In this document: positions 49,189-57,902 of the stretch, piece by piece | How positions within the stretch are numbered: the first letter of the stretch is position 1 | Layout: every line of letters begins with the position of its first letter | Origin: Sulfitobacter sp. | Lineage (GTDB): Bacteria > Pseudomonadota > Alphaproteobacteria > Rhodobacterales > Rhodobacteraceae | Assembly: GCA_051252055.1 (NCBI GenBank) | Contig: JBPOFD010000006.1 | Span: forward strand, 62,657-126,656 | DNA: 64,000 bases | Reading direction: 5' to 3' | Program-made: the position numbers and the translations under genes | Notes under the pieces: model-generated | The model's input: the letters and a program-made list of their open reading frames with translations, nothing else | What the model was told of the DNA's origin: nothing | Databases searched by the model: none

Positions 49189-50490
49189 ATGGCAGGCAGC
49201 AAAGCGCAAAAAGCATTTGGTTTGATTGCAGGAAATGCAGGCAGCAGCAGCCCTGATGCGGGCGGTTTGCCGCCCCGCGCGGCGCAGGCCGAGCCGCGCA
49301 ATGGGCTGCGTCATGCGGCGTCTTTGTCGATGACGAAAGTGGCGGATGGGCTGATTGATCCCAAGCTGGTGTTGAGCTGGTTGCTGACTGCGTTGGGCGC
49401 GCCTGCGATCTATGCCGGGGCTTTGGTGCCGATCCGCGAGGCGGGCGCGCTGTTGCCGCAGATTGTGCTGGCGGGCTGGGTGCAGCGCATGGCGCGGCGC
49501 AAATGGGCGTGGGTTGCCGGATCTGCCGGGCAGGGTTTTTTTGCGGCGTTGATTGCGCTGGCGGCGCTGGCGCTGGAGGGGGCGGCGGCGGGGCTGGCGA
49601 TTTGCGGTGCGCTGGCCGCGCTCGCCCTGTGCCGGGCGATGTGTTCGGTGTCGTTTAAAGAGATTTTGGGCAAGACCGTGGGGCAGGCGCGGCGCGGGGC
49701 GGTGACCGGGCTGGCGGGGTCGATATCGAGCATTGGGGTGCTGATTTTTGCGGGGCTGCTGATGTCGGGTCTGTTTCAGAGCCGGGGCGTGGTGATTGGC
49801 GCGCTGCTGCTTGCGGCGGCGCTTTGGGCGGGAGCGGCGCTGCTCTTTGCTGCGCTGGAGGAAGAGCCAAGCGAGGCGGGGCCAGATGCGGGGGCCACAT
49901 GGGAGGTTTTGCGCGGCAATAGGGTGCTGTGGCGGTTCATTGCCGCGCGCGGGCTGTTGGTGTCGACCGCGCTGGCGCCGCCCTATCTGGTGGTGCTGTC
50001 GGGGGGCGAAGGGCAGGGCAGTTTGGGGCATTTGGGCGGGCTGGTGCTGGCCTCGGCGGCGGCGTCATTGCTCAGTTCTTACGTCTGGGGGCGGTTGGCG
50101 GATCGCTCCAGCCGCTGGGTGCTGATGGCAACCGGCGTGGTGGGCGCGGGGGCCATGGCGCTGGCGCTGGGGTTTGAGTTTGCGGGGCTGGCGGGGAGTT
50201 TCTGGGCGATGCCGCTGGCGCTGTTTGTGTTGATGATCGCCTATCACGGGGTGCGGCAGGGGCGATCGACCTATTTGGTGGATATGGCCCCGCAGGACCG
50301 CCGCGCGGCCTATGCGGCGGTGTCGAACACGGTGATCGGCGGGCTTTTGCTGTTGGCGGGGATTGCGGGCGGCGGGGCGGCGCTGTTTGGGGCGGTGCCT
50401 GTTTTGCTGTTGTTTGCGGGTATGGCGCTGGCGGGCTGCGCGGTGGCGTTTGGTTTGCCCGAGGCGCAGGAGTATCGTGCGCCGGGCTGA
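49189..50490 (+). CDS. MFS transporter
   Basis: Track ORF 48217..50490 trimmed to ATG 49189 (MAGSKAQ...), because the upstream part is antisense to thrS. 12 TM-like segments. Confidence 0.85.
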   Translation: MAGSKAQKAFGLIAGNAGSSSPDAGGLPPRAAQAEPRNGLRHAASLSMTKVADGLIDPKLVLSWLLTALGAPAIYAGALVPIREAGALLPQIVLAGWVQRMARRKWAWVAGSAGQGFFAALIALAALALEGAAAGLAICGALAALALCRAMCSVSFKEILGKTVGQARRGAVTGLAGSISSIGVLIFAGLLMSGLFQSRGVVIGALLLAAALWAGAALLFAALEEEPSEAGPDAGATWEVLRGNRVLWRFIAARGLLVSTALAPPYLVVLSGGEGQGSLGHLGGLVLASAAASLLSSYVWGRLADRSSRWVLMATGVVGAGAMALALGFEFAGLAGSFWAMPLALFVLMIAYHGVRQGRSTYLVDMAPQDRRAAYAAVSNTVIGGLLLLAGIAGGGAALFGAVPVLLLFAGMALAGCAVAFGLPEAQEYRAPG

Positions 50491-50622
50491 ACCCTGCTGA
50501 CTGAACCTTGCTGACCGATCTTTGCCGATGGGGCGGCGCAGGGGTGTCTGCGCGGTTGCGCTTGGGGCGGGGCAGGGCCATGATCGCGCTAAATCTCAAG
50601 GCGAGATCCCAAGGAGAATTCC

Positions 50623-51366
50623 ATGAGCGAAATGCAGCATTTCACCACGCCCCAAGGGCGTAAGCTGGCCTATCATTTGACCAAAGGTGCGGCCCCTTAT
50701 GTGGTGTTTCTGGGCGGGTTGAAATCTGACATGGAGGGCACGAAGGCCCTGCATCTGGAGGCATGGGCCAAAGCGCAGGGGCGCGGGTTTTTGCGGTTCG
50801 ATTATTCGGGCCACGGGCAATCCGGGGGCCGGTTTGAAGAGGGCGCGATTGGCGATTGGCATGAGGATACCGCCGCGATCACCGATGCGCTGATTGAGGA
50901 GGCGTTTGTGGTGGTTGGCTCGTCGATGGGCGGCTGGCAGGCGTTGTTGCTGGCGCGGGCGCGGGCCGAGCGGATTGCCGGGATGGTGACGATTGCCGCC
51001 GCGCCTGATTTCACCGAGGACGGTTGGTGGGCGAATTTTGACAGTTTCCAGCGCGCGCAGCTAAAGCGCACCGGGCAATTGGCGCTGCCTTCGGATTATA
51101 TGGACCCATATTATGTGACGCAGCGCATGATTGACGACGGGCGCAAACATCTGGTGCTGCGCGAGGTGTTGGAATTGCCTTTCCCGGTGCGGTTCTTGCA
51201 AGGCACGGCGGATACGGCAGTGAGCGTTGAGACCGCCAATAAGCTGCTGGAACATGCGCGCGGGGCGGATATGCAATTGGTGCTGGTGAAGGATGCCGAT
51301 CACCGGTTTTCCGATGGGCCCTGTTTGGGGTTGATCGAGGCGGCAGTGGCGCAGGTTTTGGCCTGA
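50623..51366 (+). CDS. alpha/beta hydrolase
   Basis: GSSMGG nucleophile elbow and a C-terminal DADHRF His motif. Confidence 0.85.
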   Translation: MSEMQHFTTPQGRKLAYHLTKGAAPYVVFLGGLKSDMEGTKALHLEAWAKAQGRGFLRFDYSGHGQSGGRFEEGAIGDWHEDTAAITDALIEEAFVVVGSSMGGWQALLLARARAERIAGMVTIAAAPDFTEDGWWANFDSFQRAQLKRTGQLALPSDYMDPYYVTQRMIDDGRKHLVLREVLELPFPVRFLQGTADTAVSVETANKLLEHARGADMQLVLVKDADHRFSDGPCLGLIEAAVAQVLA

Positions 51367-51373
51367 GGAGGCG

Positions 51374-51802
51374 ATGATGCAGCAGCGGATTAGTTTGATC
51401 ACTTTGGCGGCGCGGCAGCCCGATGTTTTGACGGCGTTTTACGATGCGCTGGGCTGGCGGCGGGTGGAGAGCCCTGATGGGGTGGTGGCCTATGATCTGC
51501 TGGGGCAGGCCTTGGGGATTTACCCCGCCGAGATGTTGGCGCGGGACATGGGTGTGCCGCTTGAGAGCCTTGGGCATGGCGCGATGACCCTGAGCCATAA
51601 TGTGCCCGAAAAGACCGATGTGGCCCCGATGTTGTCGCGGGCCGAGGCGGCGGGGGCGAGGGTTATCAAACCCGCGCATGATGTTTTCTGGGGCGGGCAT
51701 ATCGGGTATTTTGCCGATCCCGAGGGGCATGTCTGGGAGATTGCGTGGAATCCGCATAGCCCGCTTGGGGCGGATGGCGCGTTTCGCTGGAACGGGTATT
51801 GA
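51374..51802 (+). CDS. VOC/glyoxalase-family protein
   Basis: 142 aa; FADPEGHVWEIAWNP C-terminal motif typical of glyoxalase/bleomycin-resistance folds. Confidence 0.8.
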   Translation: MMQQRISLITLAARQPDVLTAFYDALGWRRVESPDGVVAYDLLGQALGIYPAEMLARDMGVPLESLGHGAMTLSHNVPEKTDVAPMLSRAEAAGARVIKPAHDVFWGGHIGYFADPEGHVWEIAWNPHSPLGADGAFRWNGY

Positions 51803-52437
51803 TGCGCAAACCGGGCAGCATGTGGAGCCTTGAGAATTTTGGCCGGGTGCGCCTGTCGCGGCATTTTTACATGCGCGATTTTATGATGTCGGAGATATCG
51901 AGCTTTCATGGGGTGCCAAATCTGCCCGATGATCCCGATCTGGCGATTGAAAATGGCGCGGCGTTTTGCACGGCGCTGCTTGATCCGCTGGAGGAGACAT
52001 TTGGCCGGGTTGCCGTGCGCTCGGGCTATCGCAGCGCGGCGCTGAATGGGTTTGGCAATGCGCAAAAGCTCAATTGTGCGGCAAATGACAACCCGGCGGA
52101 GTGCCATATCTGGGACCGGGCCGGGGGCGCGCAGGCGATTGCCGGGGCCAGCATTGTGATCCCGTGGTTTGCAGATCGCTATGCCAGCGGGCGCGATTGG
52201 CGTGATTTGGCGTGGTGGGTGCATGATCATCTGCCCTATTCAGAGATGTGGTTTTTCCCTAAATTGGCGGCATTTAATTTGGTGTGGCGGCCCCAGCCAC
52301 TGCGCAGCATTTCAAGCTATATCGCGCCGCGCGGCATGTTGTTGCGTGCAGGCGATGCGCCGGGCGAGGCGGCAGAGCAGCGCGCGGCGCGCTATCGTGA
52401 TTTTCCGGCCCTGCGGGGGATTGCCTATCCGGCGTGA
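51802..52437 (+). CDS. hypothetical protein with peptidase M15A-like SGYR motif
   Basis: ATG 51802 overlaps the upstream TGA by 1 nt. The motifs RHFYMRDF...RSGYRSAALN...CHIWD are reminiscent of the Zn D-Ala-D-Ala carboxypeptidase fold. No signal peptide. Confidence 0.5.
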   Translation: MRKPGSMWSLENFGRVRLSRHFYMRDFMMSEISSFHGVPNLPDDPDLAIENGAAFCTALLDPLEETFGRVAVRSGYRSAALNGFGNAQKLNCAANDNPAECHIWDRAGGAQAIAGASIVIPWFADRYASGRDWRDLAWWVHDHLPYSEMWFFPKLAAFNLVWRPQPLRSISSYIAPRGMLLRAGDAPGEAAEQRAARYRDFPALRGIAYPA

Positions 52438-52501
52438 CCGCCCCTTGCAGGCCGGACGGCAACAGGCCAAAACAGGGCGCAACTCCTGAAGGGGAAGAAC
52501 C

Positions 52502-53197
52502 ATGGGCGAGGCGCTGGTATTCTTACCGGGCATGATGTGTGACGCGCGGCTGTTTGGCCCGCAAATCGCTGAATTTTCAGCGGATACGCCGCTGATGGTT
52601 GGTCCTGTGACCCAAACGGAACGGGTGGAAGAGACCGCCTCGAGGCTGCTTGATGCGCTGCCCAAGCGCTTTGCGCTGGCGGGGCATGGATTGGGCGGTG
52701 TGGTGGCGATGGAGATATTGCGCCGCGCCCCGGACCGGGTGTCGCGGCTGGCGCTGCTGGGCACCAGCCCGCTGGCGGAGACCCCGACCGAAGCTGCCAA
52801 CCGCGAGCCGATGATTGTGAAGATGCGCGCCGGGCGTATGGGCGAGGTGCTGCGCGAGGAAATCAAGCTGAGCCATTTGGCGCCGGGGCCCTACCGCAAC
52901 GAGGTTTTGGAGCTGGCGATGGACATGGGCACGGTGTTGGGGCCAGAGGTGTATATCCGGCAATCGCGCGCCATGCAGCGGCGCAAAGACCAGCAGGCGA
53001 CGCTGCGCAAATGCAAAGTGCCGACATTGATTTTATGCGGGGCGTATGACACGCGCTATTCGGTGAAACGCCATGAGTTTATGGCGGAGCTGATCCCCAA
53101 TGCGCGGCTGCATGTGCTTGAAGACGCAGGACATTTGCCGATGTTGGAACAGCCGGGCCAGACCACGGATGCGCTGCGCGAATGGATGCGCTGGTAG
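52502..53197 (+). CDS. alpha/beta-hydrolase-fold protein lacking the canonical nucleophile Ser
   Basis: The elbow reads GHGLGG (ggg cat gga ttg ggc ggt) instead of GHSLGG. A C-terminal EDAGHLPMLEQP His motif is present. Confidence 0.8.
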   Translation: MGEALVFLPGMMCDARLFGPQIAEFSADTPLMVGPVTQTERVEETASRLLDALPKRFALAGHGLGGVVAMEILRRAPDRVSRLALLGTSPLAETPTEAANREPMIVKMRAGRMGEVLREEIKLSHLAPGPYRNEVLELAMDMGTVLGPEVYIRQSRAMQRRKDQQATLRKCKVPTLILCGAYDTRYSVKRHEFMAELIPNARLHVLEDAGHLPMLEQPGQTTDALREWMRW

Positions 53198-53200
53198 CGG

Positions 53201-53779
53201 TTAGCGGTCTTTTGGCAGCAGGGCGCGGCGGTCAGCATCGCAGACCACGACCACCGGGATGATCGGCAGTCCGTCTTTTGCATCAAACAGCAGATTATGA
53301 CGCCAATCGCCGCTTAGGAAATGCCTAGCGGCGCGGCTCATACCGCCCCAAAGCAGGTGGTGCAGCCCTTTGTGGCGGGTTTTACCGCCGGGGGCAGGGA
53401 TATGCGCCTGACCGCGCAGCGGCCCGAGCGGGGCTTTATCGGCAAAAAGATCATAATTGATGCCGATAAACGAAATTTTAGGATTGCGCGGGGTATTAAA
53501 CAGCGGTGTGCCGCAGCACCCCGCATACCACCGCAGCAGATTTTTAGGACCAAAGGAGAAAACCCGCAGATGATCCATGCCGCCGTCGATGCGCAGACGG
53601 TCTGGCGTGGTTTGAAACAGCGCGACCGGGCCGGGGGCAGGATCGGGCGCGCCGCAATAGACATGGCCCGCGCGGCAAGAGCGGCAAAAGCACTGTGCAT
53701 GGTTGCCGGTGCGCGGGCTGACGCCAATCACTGCGCCGTTGATTTTGGCGCAGGCGCAGCTGATGGCGACGTTTTTCAT
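53201..53779 (-). CDS. Cys-rich GFA/CENP-V-like protein
   Basis: CAC...CFCRSC...CC clusters; 192 aa. The assignment is tentative. Confidence 0.55.
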   Translation of the reverse strand: MKNVAISCACAKINGAVIGVSPRTGNHAQCFCRSCRAGHVYCGAPDPAPGPVALFQTTPDRLRIDGGMDHLRVFSFGPKNLLRWYAGCCGTPLFNTPRNPKISFIGINYDLFADKAPLGPLRGQAHIPAPGGKTRHKGLHHLLWGGMSRAARHFLSGDWRHNLLFDAKDGLPIIPVVVVCDADRRALLPKDR

Positions 53780-53800
53780 GGCTTTGGGGCTTTCAGGCTC

Positions 53801-55099
53801 TTAGGCCGCGGCGTTTTTATTGGCTGCGGGGCGACGTTTTTTGGCGCTGTTTGCAGATTGGCTTTCAGGGGCTTCATTCGCGTCGATGAAATCAAGCACC
53901 AAGGGCCGGATGTTGTTGCGCCAGCTGCGCCCGGCAAAGATGCCGTAATGGCCTGCGCCCTCTTCGAGGTGGCTGAGTTTTTTGCTGTCCGGCAGGCCGG
54001 TGCACAGATCCAGCGCGGCGATACATTGGCCGGGGGCGGAAATGTCATCGTTGGAGCCTTCGACGGTCATCACGGCGACGGTGCTGATCTTGCCGATGTC
54101 GACCTGTTTGCCAGCCACGGTAAAGACATTGCGGGCGATTTCGCGGTCTTTGAACACGCGCTCGACGGTGGAGAGGTAGAATTCGGCGGTCATGTCCATC
54201 ACGGCGAGATATTCGTCGTAGAATTTATTGTGCTTGTCATGATCGTGGGATTCATGGCGCGCCACGCGGTTGATCTGATCGACGAAGGCTTTGGTATGGG
54301 TTTCGGCGTTCATCGAGATGAAGGAGCTGAGCTGCAACAAACCGGGATAGACCTTGCGGCCCACGCCTGCGTATTTGAAGCCGACCTGCTGGATCATGGT
54401 TTCTTCAAGCTGGCCCATGGTGACGCTATGGCCAAAATCGGTGACTTCGGTGGGCGCGGCATCTGGATCAATCGGGCCGCCGATCAAGGTGAGCGAGCGG
54501 GGCTGTGCGGCGGGGTCTTCTTCGGCCAGATAGGCGGTGGCGGCGAGGGTCAGCGGCGCAGGTTGGCACACGGCGATCACATGGGTGTCGGGGCCAAGTT
54601 CACGCATGAAATCGACCAGATAGAGCGTGTAATCTTCCACGTCGAATTTGCCCGCGCTGACGGGGATATCGCGGGCATTGTGCCAATCTGTCACGTAAAC
54701 GTCGCAATCAGGCACCAGACTGATGACCGTGGAGCGCAGGAGGGTGGCGTAATGACCGGACATGGGCGCGACGAGCAGCACTTTGCGTTTGGGTGTGTCG
54801 CGGCCCTGCACGTTGAAGTGGAGCAGATCGCCGAAGGGGCGCTCGATGACTTTTTCAACGGCAACGAGGCGGTCTTGGCCTGCGTCATTTGCGAAGGCCG
54901 GCACGTTCCAATCGGGTTTGACCACCATGCGGCCAAAGGTGCGCTCAGTCACTTCGCCCCAAGCGCCCAGCCAATCAAGCGCGGGGTTGGGGAACATGGC
55001 AAAGCCAGGATAAGCGGCAAGCGCCTGCGCAGAAGCGCCGAGGAACTGATTTGTGTTTCGCAAACTTTCCATCAGGTCGTAGGATGCCATGTAGCGCAT
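53801..55099 (-). CDS. phaZ: intracellular polyhydroxyalkanoate depolymerase
   Basis: Trimmed to MRYMASYDLMESL (AGGAG 8 nt upstream). Body typical of PhaZ (LVAPMSGHYATLLR..., VCQP...). Confidence 0.9.
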   Translation of the reverse strand: MRYMASYDLMESLRNTNQFLGASAQALAAYPGFAMFPNPALDWLGAWGEVTERTFGRMVVKPDWNVPAFANDAGQDRLVAVEKVIERPFGDLLHFNVQGRDTPKRKVLLVAPMSGHYATLLRSTVISLVPDCDVYVTDWHNARDIPVSAGKFDVEDYTLYLVDFMRELGPDTHVIAVCQPAPLTLAATAYLAEEDPAAQPRSLTLIGGPIDPDAAPTEVTDFGHSVTMGQLEETMIQQVGFKYAGVGRKVYPGLLQLSSFISMNAETHTKAFVDQINRVARHESHDHDKHNKFYDEYLAVMDMTAEFYLSTVERVFKDREIARNVFTVAGKQVDIGKISTVAVMTVEGSNDDISAPGQCIAALDLCTGLPDSKKLSHLEEGAGHYGIFAGRSWRNNIRPLVLDFIDANEAPESQSANSAKKRRPAANKNAAA

Positions 55100-55161
55100 A
55101 AGGGAACTCCTGTAATTTACCCTTTTTGGGTATTTTGCGATCCCCCCACCGGGATGCGGAG

Positions 55162-55176
55162 GCTGCAATGCTGCAG
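55162..55176. promoter_or_regulatory. PhaR-type CTGC-N3-GC motif in the phaZ/phaC divergent region
   Basis: GCTGCAATGCTGCAG read directly; related to the sites at 57197 and 57868. Confidence 0.4.
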
Positions 55177-55194
55177 GTGCGAAGGTAGGAGGTA

Positions 55195-57009
55195 ATGATT
55201 AAGATGACAACAAAAACCACTGGTACAGAGGCCCCAGCCGAGCAATCTCTGCCGCGGCTGACCGAAAACCTTAAGAAAGTGGAAGAGCTTACGCTGCGGT
55301 TGCATCATGTAATTTCGACCCGTTCGACACATCAAGCGGCGCTGGATGGGCCGAATCAGGAACTCTTTACCAAGGCCGCGCAGTCCTATTTGCACGAGGC
55401 AATGACCAATCCGGCCAAGGTTTTAGAGCATCAGATGTCTTTTTGGGCAAAATCTGTGACCCATTATATGGAGGCGCAGCAGGCGCTGGCCAAAGGGGCG
55501 CTGAGCGCGCCTGAGGATCGCGGCCCCGAAGACCGGCGGTTTGCCAATCCGCTATGGCGCTCGCACCCGTATTTTAACTTTGTGAAACAGCAATATCAGC
55601 GCAATGCCGAGGCATTGGCGCAATCTGTGGATGATGTGGAGGGGATGGAGGGCCACGAGAAACAGCGGCTGCAATATTTCAGCCGCCAGATCATTGATAT
55701 GATGTGCCCGACGAATTTTCTGGCCACCAACCCTGATGCGCTGGAGCGTGCGGTGGAGACCGAAGGCGAGAGTTTGGTGAAGGGGCTGGAAAACCTGATT
55801 GGCGATCTGGAGGCCAATAACGGCGAGTTGGTGGTGCGGCTGGCTGATGAAAAGGCCTTTGAGCTGGGCGGGAATATTGCCACGACCCCCGGCAAAGTGG
55901 TGTTTCGCAACCGCATGTTTGAGCTGATCCAATACAGCCCCAGCACCGAAGAAGTGCATAAAACCCCGCTGGTGGTGTTTCCGCCGTGGATCAATAAATT
56001 CTATATTCTGGACCTCAAAGCGCAGAATTCTTTTGTGAAATGGGTGGTGGATCAGGGTTATACGCTGTTCATGGTGTCTTGGGTCAATCCGGGGCGCGAC
56101 TATGCGCAGGTCGGCATGGAGGATTACCTTGAAGAGGGGTATCTGGCCGCGTTTGATCAGGTGAAGCAGATCACCGGCGAGAAGAAGGTTAACGCGGTGG
56201 GCTATTGCATCGCGGGGACGACTTTGTCGCTGGCCTTGTCGCTGCTCAAACAGCGCGGCGATAAATCGGTGAAATCGGCCACGTTCTTTACCGCGCTGAC
56301 GGATTTTTCCGATCAGGGCGAGTTTCGTCCGTTTTTGACCAATGATTTCATAGACGGGATTGAGGCGGAGATTGACGATAAAGGCGTGTTGCCGTCGATT
56401 GTGATGGCGCGGACCTTTAGCTTTTTGCGCTCCAATGATCTGGTCTATGGGCCTGCGATCAAAAGCTATATGATGGGCGAGACGCCGCCCGCCTTTGATC
56501 TGCTTTATTGGAATGGCGATGGGGCGAACCTGCCCGGTAAGATGGCGGTGCAGTATCTGCGCGGGCTGTGCCAGCGCAATGAGCTGGCTGAGGGCGGGTT
56601 TGAATTGCTGGGGCATCGGCTTCAATTGGCGGATGTGGATGTGCCGCTTTGTGCGATTGCCTGTGAGACCGATCATATTGCGCCGTGGAAGGACAGCTAT
56701 CGCGGCGTGCAGCAGATGGGCAGCACGGATAAGCATTTCATCATGACGCAATCGGGGCATATCGCGGGGATCGTGAACAGCCCTTCGCGCAATAAATACG
56801 GGCATTACACCCATGATGATCTGAATTTGGATTATGAGGATTGGCGCGCTTCGGCGAGTTTCCATGAGGGGTCGTGGTGGCCGCGCTGGGAGAAATGGCT
56901 CAGCGGGCATTCGGGCAAGATGGTGCCGGCGCGACATCCCGGCGAGGGCGGCGCGCAGGTGCTGGGCGATGCGCCGGGCAGTTATGTGCAGGTCAAAGCG
57001 CGGGCCTAG
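55195..57009 (+). CDS. phaC: class I poly(R)-hydroxyalkanoate synthase
   Basis: 604 aa; lipase-box-like GYCIAGT; AGGAGG RBS at 55187..55192. Confidence 0.96.
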   Translation: MIKMTTKTTGTEAPAEQSLPRLTENLKKVEELTLRLHHVISTRSTHQAALDGPNQELFTKAAQSYLHEAMTNPAKVLEHQMSFWAKSVTHYMEAQQALAKGALSAPEDRGPEDRRFANPLWRSHPYFNFVKQQYQRNAEALAQSVDDVEGMEGHEKQRLQYFSRQIIDMMCPTNFLATNPDALERAVETEGESLVKGLENLIGDLEANNGELVVRLADEKAFELGGNIATTPGKVVFRNRMFELIQYSPSTEEVHKTPLVVFPPWINKFYILDLKAQNSFVKWVVDQGYTLFMVSWVNPGRDYAQVGMEDYLEEGYLAAFDQVKQITGEKKVNAVGYCIAGTTLSLALSLLKQRGDKSVKSATFFTALTDFSDQGEFRPFLTNDFIDGIEAEIDDKGVLPSIVMARTFSFLRSNDLVYGPAIKSYMMGETPPAFDLLYWNGDGANLPGKMAVQYLRGLCQRNELAEGGFELLGHRLQLADVDVPLCAIACETDHIAPWKDSYRGVQQMGSTDKHFIMTQSGHIAGIVNSPSRNKYGHYTHDDLNLDYEDWRASASFHEGSWWPRWEKWLSGHSGKMVPARHPGEGGAQVLGDAPGSYVQVKARA

Positions 57010-57029
57010 AGTTTGGCAGCGCCGGGGTT

Positions 57030-57055
57030 ATTTGAGTATTTTTAGAAGGGTGAAG
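57030..57055 (+). repeat. dispersed intergenic motif, copy C
   Basis: ATTTGAGTATTTTTAGAAGGGTGAAG, 26/26 identical to the reverse complement of 30701..30726. It runs into the phaC terminator stem. Confidence 0.85.
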
Positions 57056-57080
57056 GGGGCGCGGTGGCGGCCCCTTTTTT
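57053..57080 (+). terminator. intrinsic terminator of phaC
   Basis: AAGGGGCGC..GCGGCCCCTT stem followed by TTTTTT. Confidence 0.65.
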
Positions 57081-57172
57081 GTGCTGCAGTGCAATAAATT
57101 TCTCGTAAATCGGGGCTGCGCGTCCATATTTATAAGGTTATCAAGGATTTACCCTAGGGTAGAAATTTTATG

Positions 57173-57213
57173 CTGCACTGCGGAATAAATCTTGAAATGC
57201 TGCGGTGCAGCAT
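57173..57213. promoter_or_regulatory. PhaR operator candidates upstream of phaP
   Basis: ATGCTGC-GGT-GCAGCAT (57197..57213, perfect 7-nt inverted arms) and CTGC-ACT-GCGG (57173..57183). Matches the CTGC-N3-GCAG type reported for Rhodobacter PhaR. Confidence 0.55.
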
Positions 57214-57278
57214 GTATATTGGTTTCAGACGAGAAACGCCGGGGATGGCCTCGGATTGATAGTTTAAGGATGAACCCA

Positions 57279-57722
57279 ATGACTAAGACCCAAGATTATT
57301 CCGCGATGTTCAAAGACGTCATGGGCAGCTTTCCAGTGGACACAGCCGCCATGGAAAATGCGTTCAAATCTTCCGCTTCTTTGAATGAGAAACTCTCAGG
57401 TGTGGCGCTGAATGCGGCCGAGAAAACCACCGAGATTTCCACCAAATGGACCAAAGAGACACTGACCAAATTGGCAGACATGTCCAAGGCCAAGCAAGAG
57501 CCCGCAGATTACGCCAAAGCGATGACCGATTTCGCATCGGCTTCTGCTGAAGTTGCTGCCGAGCACATGGCCGCATTTGCCGAGATCGCCAAGAAGGTCC
57601 AGATGGACACTGTTGAGTTGATGATGGCTGCGGGCAAAGACATGCAAGAAGAAGCAACTTCGGCTGTTAAAAAAGCATCTGACGATGTGCAAGCTGCGGC
57701 CAAGAAAGCCACAGCGAAGTAA
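57279..57722 (+). CDS. phaP: phasin (PHA granule-associated protein)
   Basis: Trimmed to MTKTQDYSAMFKDVMGSFP (AAGGA 8 nt upstream). 147 aa, Ala/Lys/Glu-rich and helical. Confidence 0.85.
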   Translation: MTKTQDYSAMFKDVMGSFPVDTAAMENAFKSSASLNEKLSGVALNAAEKTTEISTKWTKETLTKLADMSKAKQEPADYAKAMTDFASASAEVAAEHMAAFAEIAKKVQMDTVELMMAAGKDMQEEATSAVKKASDDVQAAAKKATAK

Positions 57723-57799
57723 GCCGTGCCGCAAGGCATGTGCGATCCATAGCCGCAAGGCGATGCGCGTCCGATCCTCCCTCGGTGGCGCGCAAGAAG

Positions 57800-57834
57800 G
57801 GGCGGGCTTGGTGACAAGCTCGCCCTTTGTTTTT
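57800..57834 (+). terminator. intrinsic terminator of phaP
   Basis: GGGCGGGCTTG-GTGA-CAAGCTCGCCC (11 bp, one G-U) followed by TTTGTTTTT. Confidence 0.7.
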
Positions 57835-57867
57835 GGGGGCCTTTCTTTTTCTGCGCCGCCCCCCTAA

Positions 57868-57880
57868 GCTGCAATGCAGC
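57868..57880. promoter_or_regulatory. PhaR autoregulatory operator candidate
   Basis: GCTGC-AAT-GCAGC perfect palindrome about 25 nt upstream of the phaR start. Confidence 0.5.
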
Positions 57881-57902
57881 ACTCTTGCAGGAGGAATTTT
57901 CC

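Noticed and set aside
53321-55195. 624-aa plus-strand ORF overlapping the GFA-like gene and phaZ.
   Set aside because: It is antisense to the clearly recognisable phaZ. The sequence is Gly/Ala/Asp/His-rich with no motifs. High-GC artefact.
57040-57046. TTTAGAA inside the dispersed motif as an Irr iron-control-element (TTTAGAA-N3-TTCTAAA) site.
   Set aside because: Only one half-site matches. The other half reads TGAAG.. in all four copies, so a canonical ICE palindrome is absent. The idea is mentioned only as a lead in the motif finding.
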